Below, piece after piece: positions 8,978 through 19,504 of a DNA stretch of 64,000 bases. A program made the position numbers and the translations under genes. The notes under the pieces were generated by a model that saw only the letters and a list, made by a program, of their open reading frames with translations, did not search any database and was not told where the DNA came from. Location: NCBI GenBank assembly GCA_965227295.1, contig OZ245742.1, positions 5,504,001 through 5,568,000 on the forward strand, written 5' to 3'. The stretch's first letter is position 1; every line of letters begins with the position of its first letter. The DNA comes from Leptonemataceae bacterium (GTDB lineage: Bacteria > Spirochaetota > Leptospiria > Leptospirales > Leptonemataceae).

Positions 8978-11671
8978 ATGAGCGATCCCGAACTTTCGAA
9001 AGAAGATCTCGAAATCATCCAGACCGAGCGTGACGAATGGCTCGACTCCCTGGATTATGTCATTAAGAACGGCGGGCCCGAGCGGGTAAAACGCCTGCTG
9101 CGCTTGCTACAGAATCGCGCTGCCGAGTTCGGCATCCATCTTCCGTACGCCGCCAACACACCGTACATAAACACCATCGCCCGCGGCGAACAACCGCGCT
9201 TCCCGGGCAACCATGAACTGGAATGGCGCATCCGTTCGCTCATTCGCTGGAACGCCATGGCCATGGTCGTGCGCGCGAACCGCGAGAGCGACGGCATCGG
9301 CGGGCACATCTCCACTTACGGTTCGGCGGCAACACTTTACGAAGTCGCATACAATCACTTCTTTCACGGCAAAGACCACGAAGACGGCGGCGACCTCATC
9401 TACTTCCAGGGCCACGCGGCGCCGGGCATCTACGCCCGCGCCTTTCTGGAAGGCCGCCTCAGCGAACAGCAGTTACAGAACTTCCGCCGCGAAAACAAAC
9501 CGGGCGGCGGCCTGTCCTCGTATCCGCACCCGTACCTCATGCCGGACTTCTGGCAATTCCCGACGGTGTCCATGGGCCTCGGCCCGATCATGTCCATCTA
9601 CCAGGCGCGCTTCAATCGTTACTTAGAAGATCGCGGCTTAAAAGAAAAAACCGGTCGCGTGTGGGCCTTTTTAGGCGACGGCGAAACGGATGAGCCGGAA
9701 AGCCTGGGCGCCATCACCCTCGCGGCGCGGGAGAAACTCGACAATCTCGTCTTCGTCATCAACTGCAACCTGCAACGTCTCGACGGGCCGGTGCGCGGGA
9801 ACTACAAAATCATTCAAGAACTCGAAGCGATATTTCGCGGCGCCGGCTGGAACGTCATCAAGGTGATCTGGGGGGCGCAGTGGGACCCGCTGCTCGAACA
9901 CGACGACAGCGGCCTGCTCGTCGATCGCATGGACGAGGTCGTGGACGGCGAGTACCAGAAGTACAGCGCCGCGGGAGCGAAGTACATTCGCGAACACTTC
10001 TTCGGCAAACATCCGCAACTGCAAAAGATGGTTGAGAACATGTCCGACTCGGACATCGAAAAGCTGAACCGCGGCGGCCACGACCCCGAGAAAGTCTACG
10101 CCGCCTACCAGGCCGCCATGGAACACGAGGGCGCGCCGACGGTTATCCTCGCGAAGACCATCAAGGGCTACGGCCTGGGTGAAGCCGGCGAGGGTCGCAA
10201 CGTAACTCACCAACAAAAGAAGTTAAATGAGGACGAGTTGCGCGCCTTTCGCCAGCGGTTCGCCATTCCCATCGAAGACGAGCACGTGGGTGAGGCCCCG
10301 CTGTACCGCCCCGACGACGATTCCCGGGAAATGAAGTATCTGCGCGAACAGCGCGAAAAACTGGGCGGCCCCGTTCCCTACCGCGCCGACCGCGCCGAGG
10401 CCCATCCGGAACCGGACCCGGAAATCTTTTCGGAATTCACCGACGGCAGCGACGGCCGCGAGGCCTCCACGACCATGGTGGTCGTAAGATTACTCGGCAA
10501 ACTGTTACGCGATAAAAGCTTCGGGAAGTACGTCGTGCCGATCATCCCGGACGAGGCCCGTACTTTCGGCATGGAGTCGCTCTTTCGCCAGGTGGGCATC
10601 TACTCCCACGTCGGCCAGCGCTACGAACCGGTGGATCGGGACACCCTGCTCTACTACCGCGAGGCCCAGGACGGACAGATCCTCGAAGAAGGCATTACCG
10701 AGGCCGGTTCCATTTCTTCATTTATAGCGGCAGGCACGGCCTACGCCTCCCACGGCGTGAACATGATTCCGTTCTTTCTCTTTTATTCGATGTTCGGCTT
10801 TCAGCGCATCGGCGATCTCATCTGGGCGGCGGGCGACATGGGCTGCCGCGGCTTTCTCATCGGCGGCACGGCCGGACGCACGACCCTGGCCGGCGAAGGG
10901 CTGCAACACCAGGACGGTCACTCACACATCCTGGCGTCGCCCTATCCCCACGTCATCACCTACGATCCGGCCTTCGCCTACGAAATCGCCGTGATTATTC
11001 AGTCGGGCATGAAGCACATGTTCACCGAACAAAAGAACGTCATCTACTACTTAACGGTGGGCAACGAAAACTACGAGATGCCGCCGGTACCGGAGCCGGG
11101 CCTGGAAAAACTGCGTGAGCCGATCCTCAAAGGCATGTATCTCTTCCGCAAGAGCGAGAAGGGTGATGCGAGTGCGCGCGTGCAATTGCTGGGCTCGGGC
11201 TCGTTGATGCAGGAAACCCTGGAAGGCGCAAAGATGCTCGAAGAAAAATACGGCATCGCCGCGGACGTCTGGAGCGTAACTTCGTATAATCGTCTGTTTG
11301 CGGACGCCCTGGAGACGGAGCGCACGAATCATTTGAACGGTACAGACGAAAAGGCCTACGTCGAAACGTGCATCGGCGAGGCCGGGGACGCGGTCGTCGC
11401 GGTCTCGGATTACGTGAAGCTACAGGGTTACTCCCTCGCGCGCTGGTTGAAGGCTCCTTTGACGGCCCTCGGCACCGACGGCTTCGGCCGCAGCGAAAGT
11501 CGCGAAAGCCTGCGGGACTGGTTCGAGGTGGACCGCCGCTACGTTGTTTCCGCCGTGCTGTTCACCCTGGCCCGGGCGGGCAAGTTCGATCAAAGCAAAG
11601 CGAAGGCCGCAGTCCAGGAACTCGGCATCGACGCGAGCAAGAGCAGTCCGATGACGACGCATTGGAGCTGA
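8978..11671 (+). CDS. aceE: Pyruvate dehydrogenase E1, homodimeric type
   Basis: 897 aa; GGHISTY, FQGHAAPGIYAR, GDGETDEPES, NCNLQRLDGPV and GEGLQHQDGH. Confidence 0.97.
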   Translation: MSDPELSKEDLEIIQTERDEWLDSLDYVIKNGGPERVKRLLRLLQNRAAEFGIHLPYAANTPYINTIARGEQPRFPGNHELEWRIRSLIRWNAMAMVVRANRESDGIGGHISTYGSAATLYEVAYNHFFHGKDHEDGGDLIYFQGHAAPGIYARAFLEGRLSEQQLQNFRRENKPGGGLSSYPHPYLMPDFWQFPTVSMGLGPIMSIYQARFNRYLEDRGLKEKTGRVWAFLGDGETDEPESLGAITLAAREKLDNLVFVINCNLQRLDGPVRGNYKIIQELEAIFRGAGWNVIKVIWGAQWDPLLEHDDSGLLVDRMDEVVDGEYQKYSAAGAKYIREHFFGKHPQLQKMVENMSDSDIEKLNRGGHDPEKVYAAYQAAMEHEGAPTVILAKTIKGYGLGEAGEGRNVTHQQKKLNEDELRAFRQRFAIPIEDEHVGEAPLYRPDDDSREMKYLREQREKLGGPVPYRADRAEAHPEPDPEIFSEFTDGSDGREASTTMVVVRLLGKLLRDKSFGKYVVPIIPDEARTFGMESLFRQVGIYSHVGQRYEPVDRDTLLYYREAQDGQILEEGITEAGSISSFIAAGTAYASHGVNMIPFFLFYSMFGFQRIGDLIWAAGDMGCRGFLIGGTAGRTTLAGEGLQHQDGHSHILASPYPHVITYDPAFAYEIAVIIQSGMKHMFTEQKNVIYYLTVGNENYEMPPVPEPGLEKLREPILKGMYLFRKSEKGDASARVQLLGSGSLMQETLEGAKMLEEKYGIAADVWSVTSYNRLFADALETERTNHLNGTDEKAYVETCIGEAGDAVVAVSDYVKLQGYSLARWLKAPLTALGTDGFGRSESRESLRDWFEVDRRYVVSAVLFTLARAGKFDQSKAKAAVQELGIDASKSSPMTTHWS

Positions 11672-11695
11672 AGAAATCTTCCGGATAATAAGTAC

Positions 11696-13051
11696 ATGGC
11701 AGAAGAAGTTAAGGTTCCAGAATTAGGCGAAAACATCGATAAGGCCGAGGTGGCCCAGGTCCTGGTGGCGAAGGGCGACTCCGTCACCGCGGAACAGCCG
11801 CTCATCGAAGTCGAAAGCGACAAGGCCTCCGTGGAAATCCCGGCCCCCTTCGCCGGCACCGTAGCCGACATTCGCGTGAAAACCGGGCAGACGATCAAGA
11901 TCGGCCAGGTCATCCTCACCCTCGATAAAGAAGGCGAAGGCCGGGCGGCGAAATCCGAGGACTCCGACGACAGCGACAGCGCCGCGGAACAAGAGCCCGC
12001 CCAGGCCGGCAAAAAAGAATCGAAGTCCGAAGCGCCGCAGCCCGAGAAGTCCCCGGAAGAACGCGCAAAGGAAGCCGCACAGAAGTACGACGTCTCCGAT
12101 CGCGTCGGCAAGGTATCGAAGCCGGACCTGGGCGATCCCGCCCCGGCGGCGCCGTCGGTGCGGCGTTTCGCCCGGGAACTGGGTGTGGACGTACAACGCC
12201 TGAAAGACCAGGGCAGCGGCCCCGGCGGTAGAATTACTTTTGATGATATTAAGGGATTCGTAAAAAACGTCGTGCAGCGCCGGGACGGCGGCGGAGGCGT
12301 AAGCGGGCCCGCACCGGCCGCGATGGAACTGCCGGACTTCGAACAGTACGGCAACGTGCGCCGCGAGCACATGAGCGGCATTCGTCGTAAGATCGGCGAG
12401 AAGATGTCCATGTCCTGGACGACGATTCCCCACGTCACGCAGTTCGACGAGGCGGACATCACGGCCCTGGAAGAGTTTCGCAAAGCAAAGGCCAAAATCG
12501 CCGAAAAGCGCGGCGCCAAACTTACGGTCACCGCCATCTTACTGAAAGTCCTCGCCGAGGCTCTGAAACGCTTCCCGCAATTCAACGCCAGCCTGGATCT
12601 ACGCAACGACGAGATCATTTACAAAGAGTACATTCACATCGGCGTCGCCGTGGATACGGACCGCGGCCTGCTCGTGCCCGTCCTCCGGGACGTGGATACG
12701 AAGAGCGTCATCGACCTGGCGCTGGAGTTGAACGACGTCGCCGGGCGGGCCCGGGATCGCAAGACGAAGCCCGACGAACTCCAGGGCGGCAACATCTCGC
12801 TCACGAACCTGGGCGGCCTCGGTACGACGCACTTCACGCCCATCATCAACTGGCCCGACGTCGCCGTGCTCGGGGTGGGCCGCGCTAAGATTCAGCCGGT
12901 GTATTCTAAGGAAAGCGGCGAATTCGAGCCGCGGCAGATCATGCCGCTGTCGATTTCGTACGACCACCGCATCATAGACGGCGCCGACGCGGCCAGGTTC
13001 TTGAGGTGGATCTGCGAGGTGCTGGAACAGCCGCTGACGATGTTATTATAA
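11696..13051 (+). CDS. aceF: Dihydrolipoamide acyltransferase E2 with a single lipoyl domain
   Basis: Lipoyl motif ESDKA, E3-binding PSVRRFARELG...GSGPGGRIT, catalytic DHRIIDG. Confidence 0.95.
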   Translation: MAEEVKVPELGENIDKAEVAQVLVAKGDSVTAEQPLIEVESDKASVEIPAPFAGTVADIRVKTGQTIKIGQVILTLDKEGEGRAAKSEDSDDSDSAAEQEPAQAGKKESKSEAPQPEKSPEERAKEAAQKYDVSDRVGKVSKPDLGDPAPAAPSVRRFARELGVDVQRLKDQGSGPGGRITFDDIKGFVKNVVQRRDGGGGVSGPAPAAMELPDFEQYGNVRREHMSGIRRKIGEKMSMSWTTIPHVTQFDEADITALEEFRKAKAKIAEKRGAKLTVTAILLKVLAEALKRFPQFNASLDLRNDEIIYKEYIHIGVAVDTDRGLLVPVLRDVDTKSVIDLALELNDVAGRARDRKTKPDELQGGNISLTNLGGLGTTHFTPIINWPDVAVLGVGRAKIQPVYSKESGEFEPRQIMPLSISYDHRIIDGADAARFLRWICEVLEQPLTMLL

Positions 13052-13057
13052 GAAGTA

Positions 13058-13224
13058 ACTCCGAGGACCGAGGGAACGAGGTGTTTTGGGAGGGTCTTCG
13101 CAGGACAAACGTCGTCGGGCTATGAGCTGCAATTTATTCAATATAGACAAGACGGACATAGCTCAACAATCCTCATTTTACAATCCCTCTCCCATCTTAT
13201 TCTCGGCCCCTCGGTCCTCGGTGT
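13058..13224. repeat. CCGAG(G)-triplet inverted-repeat element, copy 3
   Basis: actccgaggaccgagggaacgag ... ctcggcccctcggtcctcggtgt between aceF and lpdA. Confidence 0.85.
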
Positions 13225-13248
13225 GGAAAAAGGTTTTAGATAGCACTT

Positions 13249-14664
13249 ATGAGTAACAAAACACAGGTAGTAGTCATCGGCGGCGGGCCGGGAGGTTATG
13301 CCGCGGCCTTTCTTGCGGCGGATCTCGGCCTCGACGTCACCCTTGTCGAAAAACGCGAGAATCCCGGCGGGGTGTGTCTCTATGAAGGCTGCATCCCGTC
13401 GAAGGCATACCTTCACATCGCGAAGGTCATCGGCGAGGCGAAACACGTGGCCGACTTCGGCATTTCCTTCGGCGAACCGAAGATCGACGTCGATAAACTG
13501 CGCGCGTTCAAAGAGGACGTCGTAAAAAAACTTACCGGCGGCACCGGCCAGCTCGGCAAACGCCGCGGCGTCAAACATCTGCGCGGCACGGCGAAGTTTC
13601 AGAACGCGCACACGCTGAGCATCAGCACCCACGAGGGCGACGAAGAGAGCCTGGAGTTCGAGCATGCCGTCATCGCCACGGGTTCGTTGCCCACGCGCAT
13701 TCCCGGCATGCCGGACGACGAGCGCATCATGGACAGCACCGGCGCCCTCGCCTTAAAAGACGTTCCGAAGAAGTTACTGGTCGTCGGCGGCGGCTACATC
13801 GGTCTGGAAATGACCACGGTGTATGCAAGCCTGGGCTCCGAGGTTACCGTCGTGGAGATGGCGGACTCCCTCATGGCCGGCACCGACGCCGACCTCGTGA
13901 AACCCCTGGCGTCGCGCCTGGAAGAGATCACCGAAGAAATCCTGCTCAACACGAAAGTCTCATCGGCAAAGATCGACGGCAACGGCGTGCGCGTTAACTT
14001 AGATGGACCGAACATTAAGAATCCCGAGCGTGTCTTCGATCGCGTGCTGGTCAGCGCCGGGCGCAAACCCGTCACCGACGGCCTGGGCCTCGAAAACACG
14101 GCGGTGCGCGTGGGCGAACACGGTTTCATTCACACGGACGAACAGATGCGCACCACCGAGCGGCACATCTTCGCCATCGGCGACGTGGCGGGCCAGCCCA
14201 TGCTCGCGCACAAAGCGTCGCATGAAGGTCGCACCGCCGTCGAGGTGATCGCCGGTCATAAGGCCGCGTTCGAACCGTACGCCATCCCGGCGGTGGTGTT
14301 TACCGATCCGGAGATCGCCTACTGCGGTCTCACTGAAAATCGTGCGAAAGAGATCGGCAAAGAAGTGCAGGTCGCGAAGTTTCCCTGGGCCGCCTCCGGG
14401 CGTGCGCTGACCCTGGGCCGCAGCGACGGCATGACGAAACTCATCATCGATCCGGAGACGGAGCGTGTGCTCGGCGCGGGCATTGTCGGCCCCGGCGCGG
14501 GCGAGTTGATTGCGGAGTGCGTGCTCGCCGTGGAGATGGGTGCGCTCGCGAAGGACATCGCGCTATCGATTCACCCGCACCCGACGTTAAGCGAAACGGT
14601 CATGGAATCGGCGGAGGTGTTCTTCGGTTTGTCGACGCATGTGTATAAGCCGAAGCGGGGGTGA
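13249..14664 (+). CDS. lpdA: Dihydrolipoyl dehydrogenase E3
   Basis: GGGPGG, redox motif GGVCLYEGCIPSK, GGGYIG and HPHPTLSE. Confidence 0.97.
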   Translation: MSNKTQVVVIGGGPGGYAAAFLAADLGLDVTLVEKRENPGGVCLYEGCIPSKAYLHIAKVIGEAKHVADFGISFGEPKIDVDKLRAFKEDVVKKLTGGTGQLGKRRGVKHLRGTAKFQNAHTLSISTHEGDEESLEFEHAVIATGSLPTRIPGMPDDERIMDSTGALALKDVPKKLLVVGGGYIGLEMTTVYASLGSEVTVVEMADSLMAGTDADLVKPLASRLEEITEEILLNTKVSSAKIDGNGVRVNLDGPNIKNPERVFDRVLVSAGRKPVTDGLGLENTAVRVGEHGFIHTDEQMRTTERHIFAIGDVAGQPMLAHKASHEGRTAVEVIAGHKAAFEPYAIPAVVFTDPEIAYCGLTENRAKEIGKEVQVAKFPWAASGRALTLGRSDGMTKLIIDPETERVLGAGIVGPGAGELIAECVLAVEMGALAKDIALSIHPHPTLSETVMESAEVFFGLSTHVYKPKRG

Positions 14665-14775
14665 GATTTCACCCAGGGCCTACAACGAAGCCGAACAGCC
14701 GCTATTTTCGAAGACCCCGAAATTTGATTGATTGTCTGAAGCGGATTGTCTGAATGCCTCCCCCGGGCAATCCGC

Positions 14776-16508
14776 ATGAAAGGCTTAGCTTCCCATCGCA
14801 AACTTCTTGTTCTAATCACCTTGCTGGTCGCGTGCTCGCACAGACCTTCCCCGGAGAAGGGATCCGCAGCAGCCATGGCACGCTTGCACCTGGCCAGCCT
14901 GGAATACCGGAACGTAAGTCACATCGAACGAGCCGCTCAGGATCTGCCCCCCGCTGAACTGGATCTTCCGCGGAACCATTGGCCCCTGCTGCTTTTATAC
15001 AGATCCGCTATCACATGCGGGAACTCCGGGACTCCTGGAAAGACGTCGAGCATATTATAGAACCGGAAGACTCGTTGGAGTATCGATTCTGGGAACGGGC
15101 CGAGAGATGGCGCGAAGCGAAAGTTCGTATCAACGGCCAGGGCATCCAGGCTGTTGATACGATTCAGACTAGCGATCTGGTCTTAAGTAGCCTATATCTC
15201 GCAAGCAGAACGAAAGAATCGTTAAGTGAACTTTCCCTGTTAGTATACCGGCAAGTCCAGGATTCAGCGGCCTTCCTCCGCTTCCAGAAAAATCCGGATC
15301 CGGCCGGGGTCCCTGGCCACATCCGCCACTTCCATCAGGAACTATCCCACCTCATCTACAAACAGGAATACCACCTTCGCGATCACCTGCATCTACGAGC
15401 ACAACTCCTGTTCAGCCGGGCGCGTCTCGGTCTTATCGCTCACGATCTCAAATTTACACGCGGCTCGATTCGTACAATACGCGATGCCCGTCATTGCAAC
15501 GATCGCCTGGATAACGATTTCGGCCGGGATTGTTGCCTGGCATTGGAGGCGGAGTTGTGGCATCACCTCGGAAAGATTGTGTATGACACATTCGGACATC
15601 ATCGGCGACAGGACCGGTACCCCTACCGGAGCTATACACGTCGCGCCGCCGATCGCCTCGAAGAAACGCTTGCGAACTATTGTACGCACTTGCGCCGCCG
15701 CCGAAAGCGTCTCCTGCGCGCCGTTGAATTCGATCTTCGCGCCAGCCACTATTTTCAGTGGGAACTACATGAGATCATTGTCGCTTCGGATTCTAACACG
15801 AAAGACGATCTTCAAAAACTCTGGGATGCGCTGAAATATCAATCCGAGGTGTACTACTCAAAGAGGCATCGTAAGTACTTCTGTCAGCGACTATGGTACT
15901 CGATTCGCTGTGTCAACGAACGGAAAAATCGAACATTGGCGAAACAAGTCGAGAGGTTTTTTGAAGCAATCAAACCCGAGACTGCTTTTTCAGACCATAC
16001 ACTTCGGCAGCGCTTTCGGACCCTTCGAAGTGCATTCCGGTACTTCTTGCAGAACGGAGAGCACAAATACATACAACGTCATCAAGACTCACCCTATCCA
16101 CCCCGGCTGAGCCCGGCCTGGCGCCTGCCCGGGAACGCCGAGATTCGCGCCACGCTCCGCGAACGCATGGCGGACAATTTCCGTGCCGTTCACAATAATA
16201 TGAGCGAAATTCAAAACAGTTCACTGACTGCGGATCGATACAAACAAGAACTGAGCTAATCCACGCTCGGAGAATGGATCGTAGAAAACGTAACCTACGA
16301 TAGTGCGTCCAACTGCTTTCGGTGCTCTTGCCGCATCCTCCACTACTATTACTACGGCCAGTTCACACCTTACGAAACAGCCAGCATCATCGACAAAGAT
16401 AAGGGCAAAGACATGACTCGTACGCTCGACACACAAGCCTGGGAAGCCGGCTCCGGAGAGGTCCGCGCAATCCTCGATAACTACTGCACTATACTGCGCG
16501 ATGGGTAG
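14776..16508 (+). pseudogene. Disrupted hypothetical lipoprotein gene (frameshift plus in-frame stop). The largest intact fragment is ORF 14979-16259.
   Basis: A lipoprotein signal (MKGL...LLVAC) at 14776 is in a different frame from the overlapping 426-aa ORF. After TAA 16257-16259 the same frame stays open for 82 more codons to TAG 16506-16508. Confidence 0.55.
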
Positions 16509-16602
16509 CTCTCTAACCCTCGCTCAATTGGTATATCGCGCCTATAATCCCGGCGCTTCCGGCCTCGGCAAGCAACCGCTTACGCCTCGGTGGTTCGTAT
16601 CT

Positions 16603-17259
16603 TCACCCGCCGAAATTCTGCACCCAGTAATGCCCGTAGCGACTCTCGCCGTGCGCAAAGTACCCCACACCGAGATACTTCGCGTTCTCCCGCAAGATGT
16701 TCGCCTTATGCCCGGGACTGTTCATCCACTGTTGCATCACGCCTTCCGCCGTCGACGAACCCGCGGCGATGTTTTCACTGAAACCATTCGGCGCAAACTT
16801 ACGAATGCGATCAAACGTACCGCAAGATGTACTTAACGAATCGCCGCTGCGATCCTGAGAATCGTGGCTGAAGTAGTCATCGGTTGCCATGTCCGCGGCA
16901 TGAAAGCGTGCCGCGAGTTCAAGGCGCGGATCGCGCTCCACCGGATTCAATCCCAGGCGTTCGCGTTCGGCGTTTACCAGACGCAACACGTCCGCTTCCT
17001 TTTCGGCGCCGTCCGGCGCGGCAATGAACTCCGTACCTGTCGGACAACCGCGATACGGCGGTTCCGTGGGTTGCACGCGTCGTTCGACGACCGGGTTCTG
17101 ATCCTTAAACTCCGGCGGCAGAGCACGCAGCTTCCCCCCGGTCGGAGATTCGAGGCTGACGGCTTCGCCGATGTGCACGGCTGTGCCGGCATCCCCGGGA
17201 GCCTGGCCGCAGGCGATCATGCAGGCCGACACAAGAAAAATCATCGCATATCTGTTCAT
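16603..17259 (-). CDS. CAP/SCP-domain lipoprotein
   Basis: Signal ending MIAC; VLRLVNAER, AARFHAADM, ENIAAG, WMNSPGHKANIL and YWVQNFG. Confidence 0.92.
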   Translation of the reverse strand: MNRYAMIFLVSACMIACGQAPGDAGTAVHIGEAVSLESPTGGKLRALPPEFKDQNPVVERRVQPTEPPYRGCPTGTEFIAAPDGAEKEADVLRLVNAERERLGLNPVERDPRLELAARFHAADMATDDYFSHDSQDRSGDSLSTSCGTFDRIRKFAPNGFSENIAAGSSTAEGVMQQWMNSPGHKANILRENAKYLGVGYFAHGESRYGHYWVQNFGG

Positions 17260-17262
17260 AGC

Positions 17263-17862
17263 TTACTCCGCTCGTTCCAGAGGCACGTTGCGCTCGTAGT
17301 CCCAGTTGTCCGGCAGCGCGTCGGGGGAGTACTCCCCGTCCGTAAAGTAACCGCGCACGAACGTGCCCGTCCACTTGCGGTCGTCCGGCGCCACTAAGGT
17401 ACCCTCGCCATGCATTAAGTTATCTTTCCAGTAGCCGTCGTACTCGAAGCCGTCGGCGAACTTCATGTTCCCGAGACCGTGTCGTTGCCCGTTCACGAAT
17501 TCGCCCTGATAAACACCGCCGTTCGCAAAACGATAGATGCCCGGCCCCGAGATCACGCCGTCGCGCCATTCGCCCTCGTAGACGTCGCCGTTGGCAAAGG
17601 TACACGTACCGTCGCCGTGCAGTTGGCCGTCCTTCCACTCGCCTTCGCAGGTGGTGCCGGTGAGATAGATCATCGCGCCGCGGCCGTTCGGGGCCTGGTT
17701 CGCAAACGCGCCGGCGTAGCGCCCGCCGCCCTTCCAGACGTAAACGCCCTCGCCGTTCTCACAATCGCCTTCGAGGCAGCCGACGGTTTTCTGCGAAGCA
17801 GTGCAGGCCCAGGCAAGCAGTAAGATGAAAACTCCGGCAAAGATACGGAGGAATGATCCCAT
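17263..17862 (-). CDS. MORN-repeat protein, probable lipoprotein
   Basis: GCLEGDCENGEG followed by repeated YEGEW/FxxG..HG.G units; signal ending LLAWAC. Start taken at ATG 17862. Confidence 0.88.
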   Translation of the reverse strand: MGSFLRIFAGVFILLLAWACTASQKTVGCLEGDCENGEGVYVWKGGGRYAGAFANQAPNGRGAMIYLTGTTCEGEWKDGQLHGDGTCTFANGDVYEGEWRDGVISGPGIYRFANGGVYQGEFVNGQRHGLGNMKFADGFEYDGYWKDNLMHGEGTLVAPDDRKWTGTFVRGYFTDGEYSPDALPDNWDYERNVPLERAE

Positions 17863-17973
17863 AAACGAAGAATTCGCGAAGCGCCCGGGCGTGCAAGCAG
17901 AGAACGCCGCGTACATGCGAAACCGCCGGCGCCATGAGTGACACCCGCGGTTCGTTGGAATTCCGGCGGCGAG

Positions 17974-18171
17974 TTAGCCGGCCTTCTGTAAGTCTACCGG
18001 CTGGTTTTTATCATTGGCGAACGTGCACCGGCCTTCACCGTGAAGTTGACCGTTCCGCCACTGCCCCTCGCACACGGAGTTCGAAGCGAAGATCATTTTA
18101 CCGGAACCGTTGGGAACGCCGGTTTTCAAACTGCCCTCCTGCGATGTGATTCGCGTACCGGAGAGAAGCAA
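17974..18171 (-). pseudogene. MORN-repeat gene fragment
   Basis: PNGSGKMIFASNSVCEGQWRNGQLHGEGRCTFAN aligns with PNGRGAMIYLTGTTCEGEWKDGQLHGDGTCTFAN of the adjacent gene; no signal peptide. Confidence 0.65.
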
Positions 18172-18186
18172 CGATGCACGGCAGCG

Positions 18187-19221
18187 TCAAGGGCGCGCCG
18201 GAATGCTTAAGTTCTGCCCGCGGATGATTAGATTCGGATTCGCCACGAGACCGCGGTTCGCTTCATAGATGCGGCGCCAGTGGCGGTCGTCTCCGTAGGC
18301 ACGGCGGCTGAGGCTGTAAAGCGTGTCCCCGTCCTGCACGGCGTAGCTGCTGCCCGGCTGGATGGACGATTCACTCGCCGGCATGGCGTCGGAAGCAGAT
18401 TCGCCCGGCGACGTGCCGTCCGCGACGACATCCGACGCTGTCGCTTCGTCCGCCGCCGCTTCATTGTCCGCCGGCGCGTCGTCGCTGGCGGTCGGCTCAG
18501 TCGCGCTTTCGCTCGTTTGCGCATCGTCTTCCATGCGATCCGCGTCGTCCCCGTTACCGCAGCCGCGAAAGAGAAAGTAGATCATCACGAGCATTAGAAT
18601 TACAAAGAGAACCGCGAACAGGATGCGCAGCCAGCGCGGGCCGCCGACGCCTTCGCCGGTATTCGCCGGCGGTGAAGAGACGGACTGCGCCGCCATGCCG
18701 GTAGTCGGTGCCGGTCCGGGCGCCTGCTCCGGAGCAGGCGTCGCCGCTGCCGGTGCGGCCGCGGGAGTGCTGAGCGCGCCGTAGGCCTCGCGCAGAATCT
18801 CCTGGGCCCAGCGCGCGTGTTTCATTTTCGCAAAGTTCCGCACCGACTTCACGCCGAGTTCGCGCATGCGCTCTTCGTCGGCCTCGCTCACGCCCTGGAG
18901 CACCGAGATGGGCAGGTCCAGCAGCGACTTGATGGGCGTCGCCTCGTACTGTTTGATGAGCTTGTCCTCAAAGCCGTGCATGTCGATTTTCGACTGCGGC
19001 ACCTTTTCCAGGGCCAGGATCTCCTGGGCCCAGAGGATGTACTTGAGGTCGGCAAGATCGCGGACCGTCCTTACGTAGAACGATTCGTACAGCAACTCCG
19101 CGGCGCGATCGCCGACGCCCTTCAGCACCGTGATGGGCGACTCGGGCAGATCGTTGAGCGGGATGTTGCGATGCGCCTTCACGACGCGTTGATTCAGGAA
19201 TGTTTCTCGTTTTGTGGCCAT
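18187..19221 (-). CDS. Single-pass membrane protein with a C-terminal LysM domain and two N-terminal helical repeats
   Basis: LysM motif YAVQDGDTLYSLSRRAYG...IYEANR...NPNLIIRGQNLSIP; TM segment WLRILFAVLFVILMLVMIYFLF; duplicated ~65-aa N-terminal unit. Confidence 0.85.
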   Translation of the reverse strand: MATKRETFLNQRVVKAHRNIPLNDLPESPITVLKGVGDRAAELLYESFYVRTVRDLADLKYILWAQEILALEKVPQSKIDMHGFEDKLIKQYEATPIKSLLDLPISVLQGVSEADEERMRELGVKSVRNFAKMKHARWAQEILREAYGALSTPAAAPAAATPAPEQAPGPAPTTGMAAQSVSSPPANTGEGVGGPRWLRILFAVLFVILMLVMIYFLFRGCGNGDDADRMEDDAQTSESATEPTASDDAPADNEAAADEATASDVVADGTSPGESASDAMPASESSIQPGSSYAVQDGDTLYSLSRRAYGDDRHWRRIYEANRGLVANPNLIIRGQNLSIPARP

Positions 19222-19504
19222 AGGTTCTGTTCAGTAAATGTTTATCCGCTGCTACTGCGGGCGGCGAGGTCTTCGATGAGATCGTGGATTTCATACCGGA
19301 CCGGCCGGCATCCCCTGCTCCAGGCCGCCCGCCCATCATCCTGTGGCATTCCCAACCCACCGCAACCCTTTTTCCCTGCCTCCACCTGATTCCATGCGCT
19401 CTTTTTCTAAGCTGTCGCCGAAAAACTGGACAGCATCACACGATCGTCATCCTCCTGGCCGTGCTCGCAATTCTTCGCTATACTTAAAAGATAAGGACTC
19501 CCTC

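Noticed and set aside
14730..14754. Direct repeat gattgtctgaa x2
   Set aside because: Only two 11-mers; this could be a local duplication or chance, and there is no supporting context.
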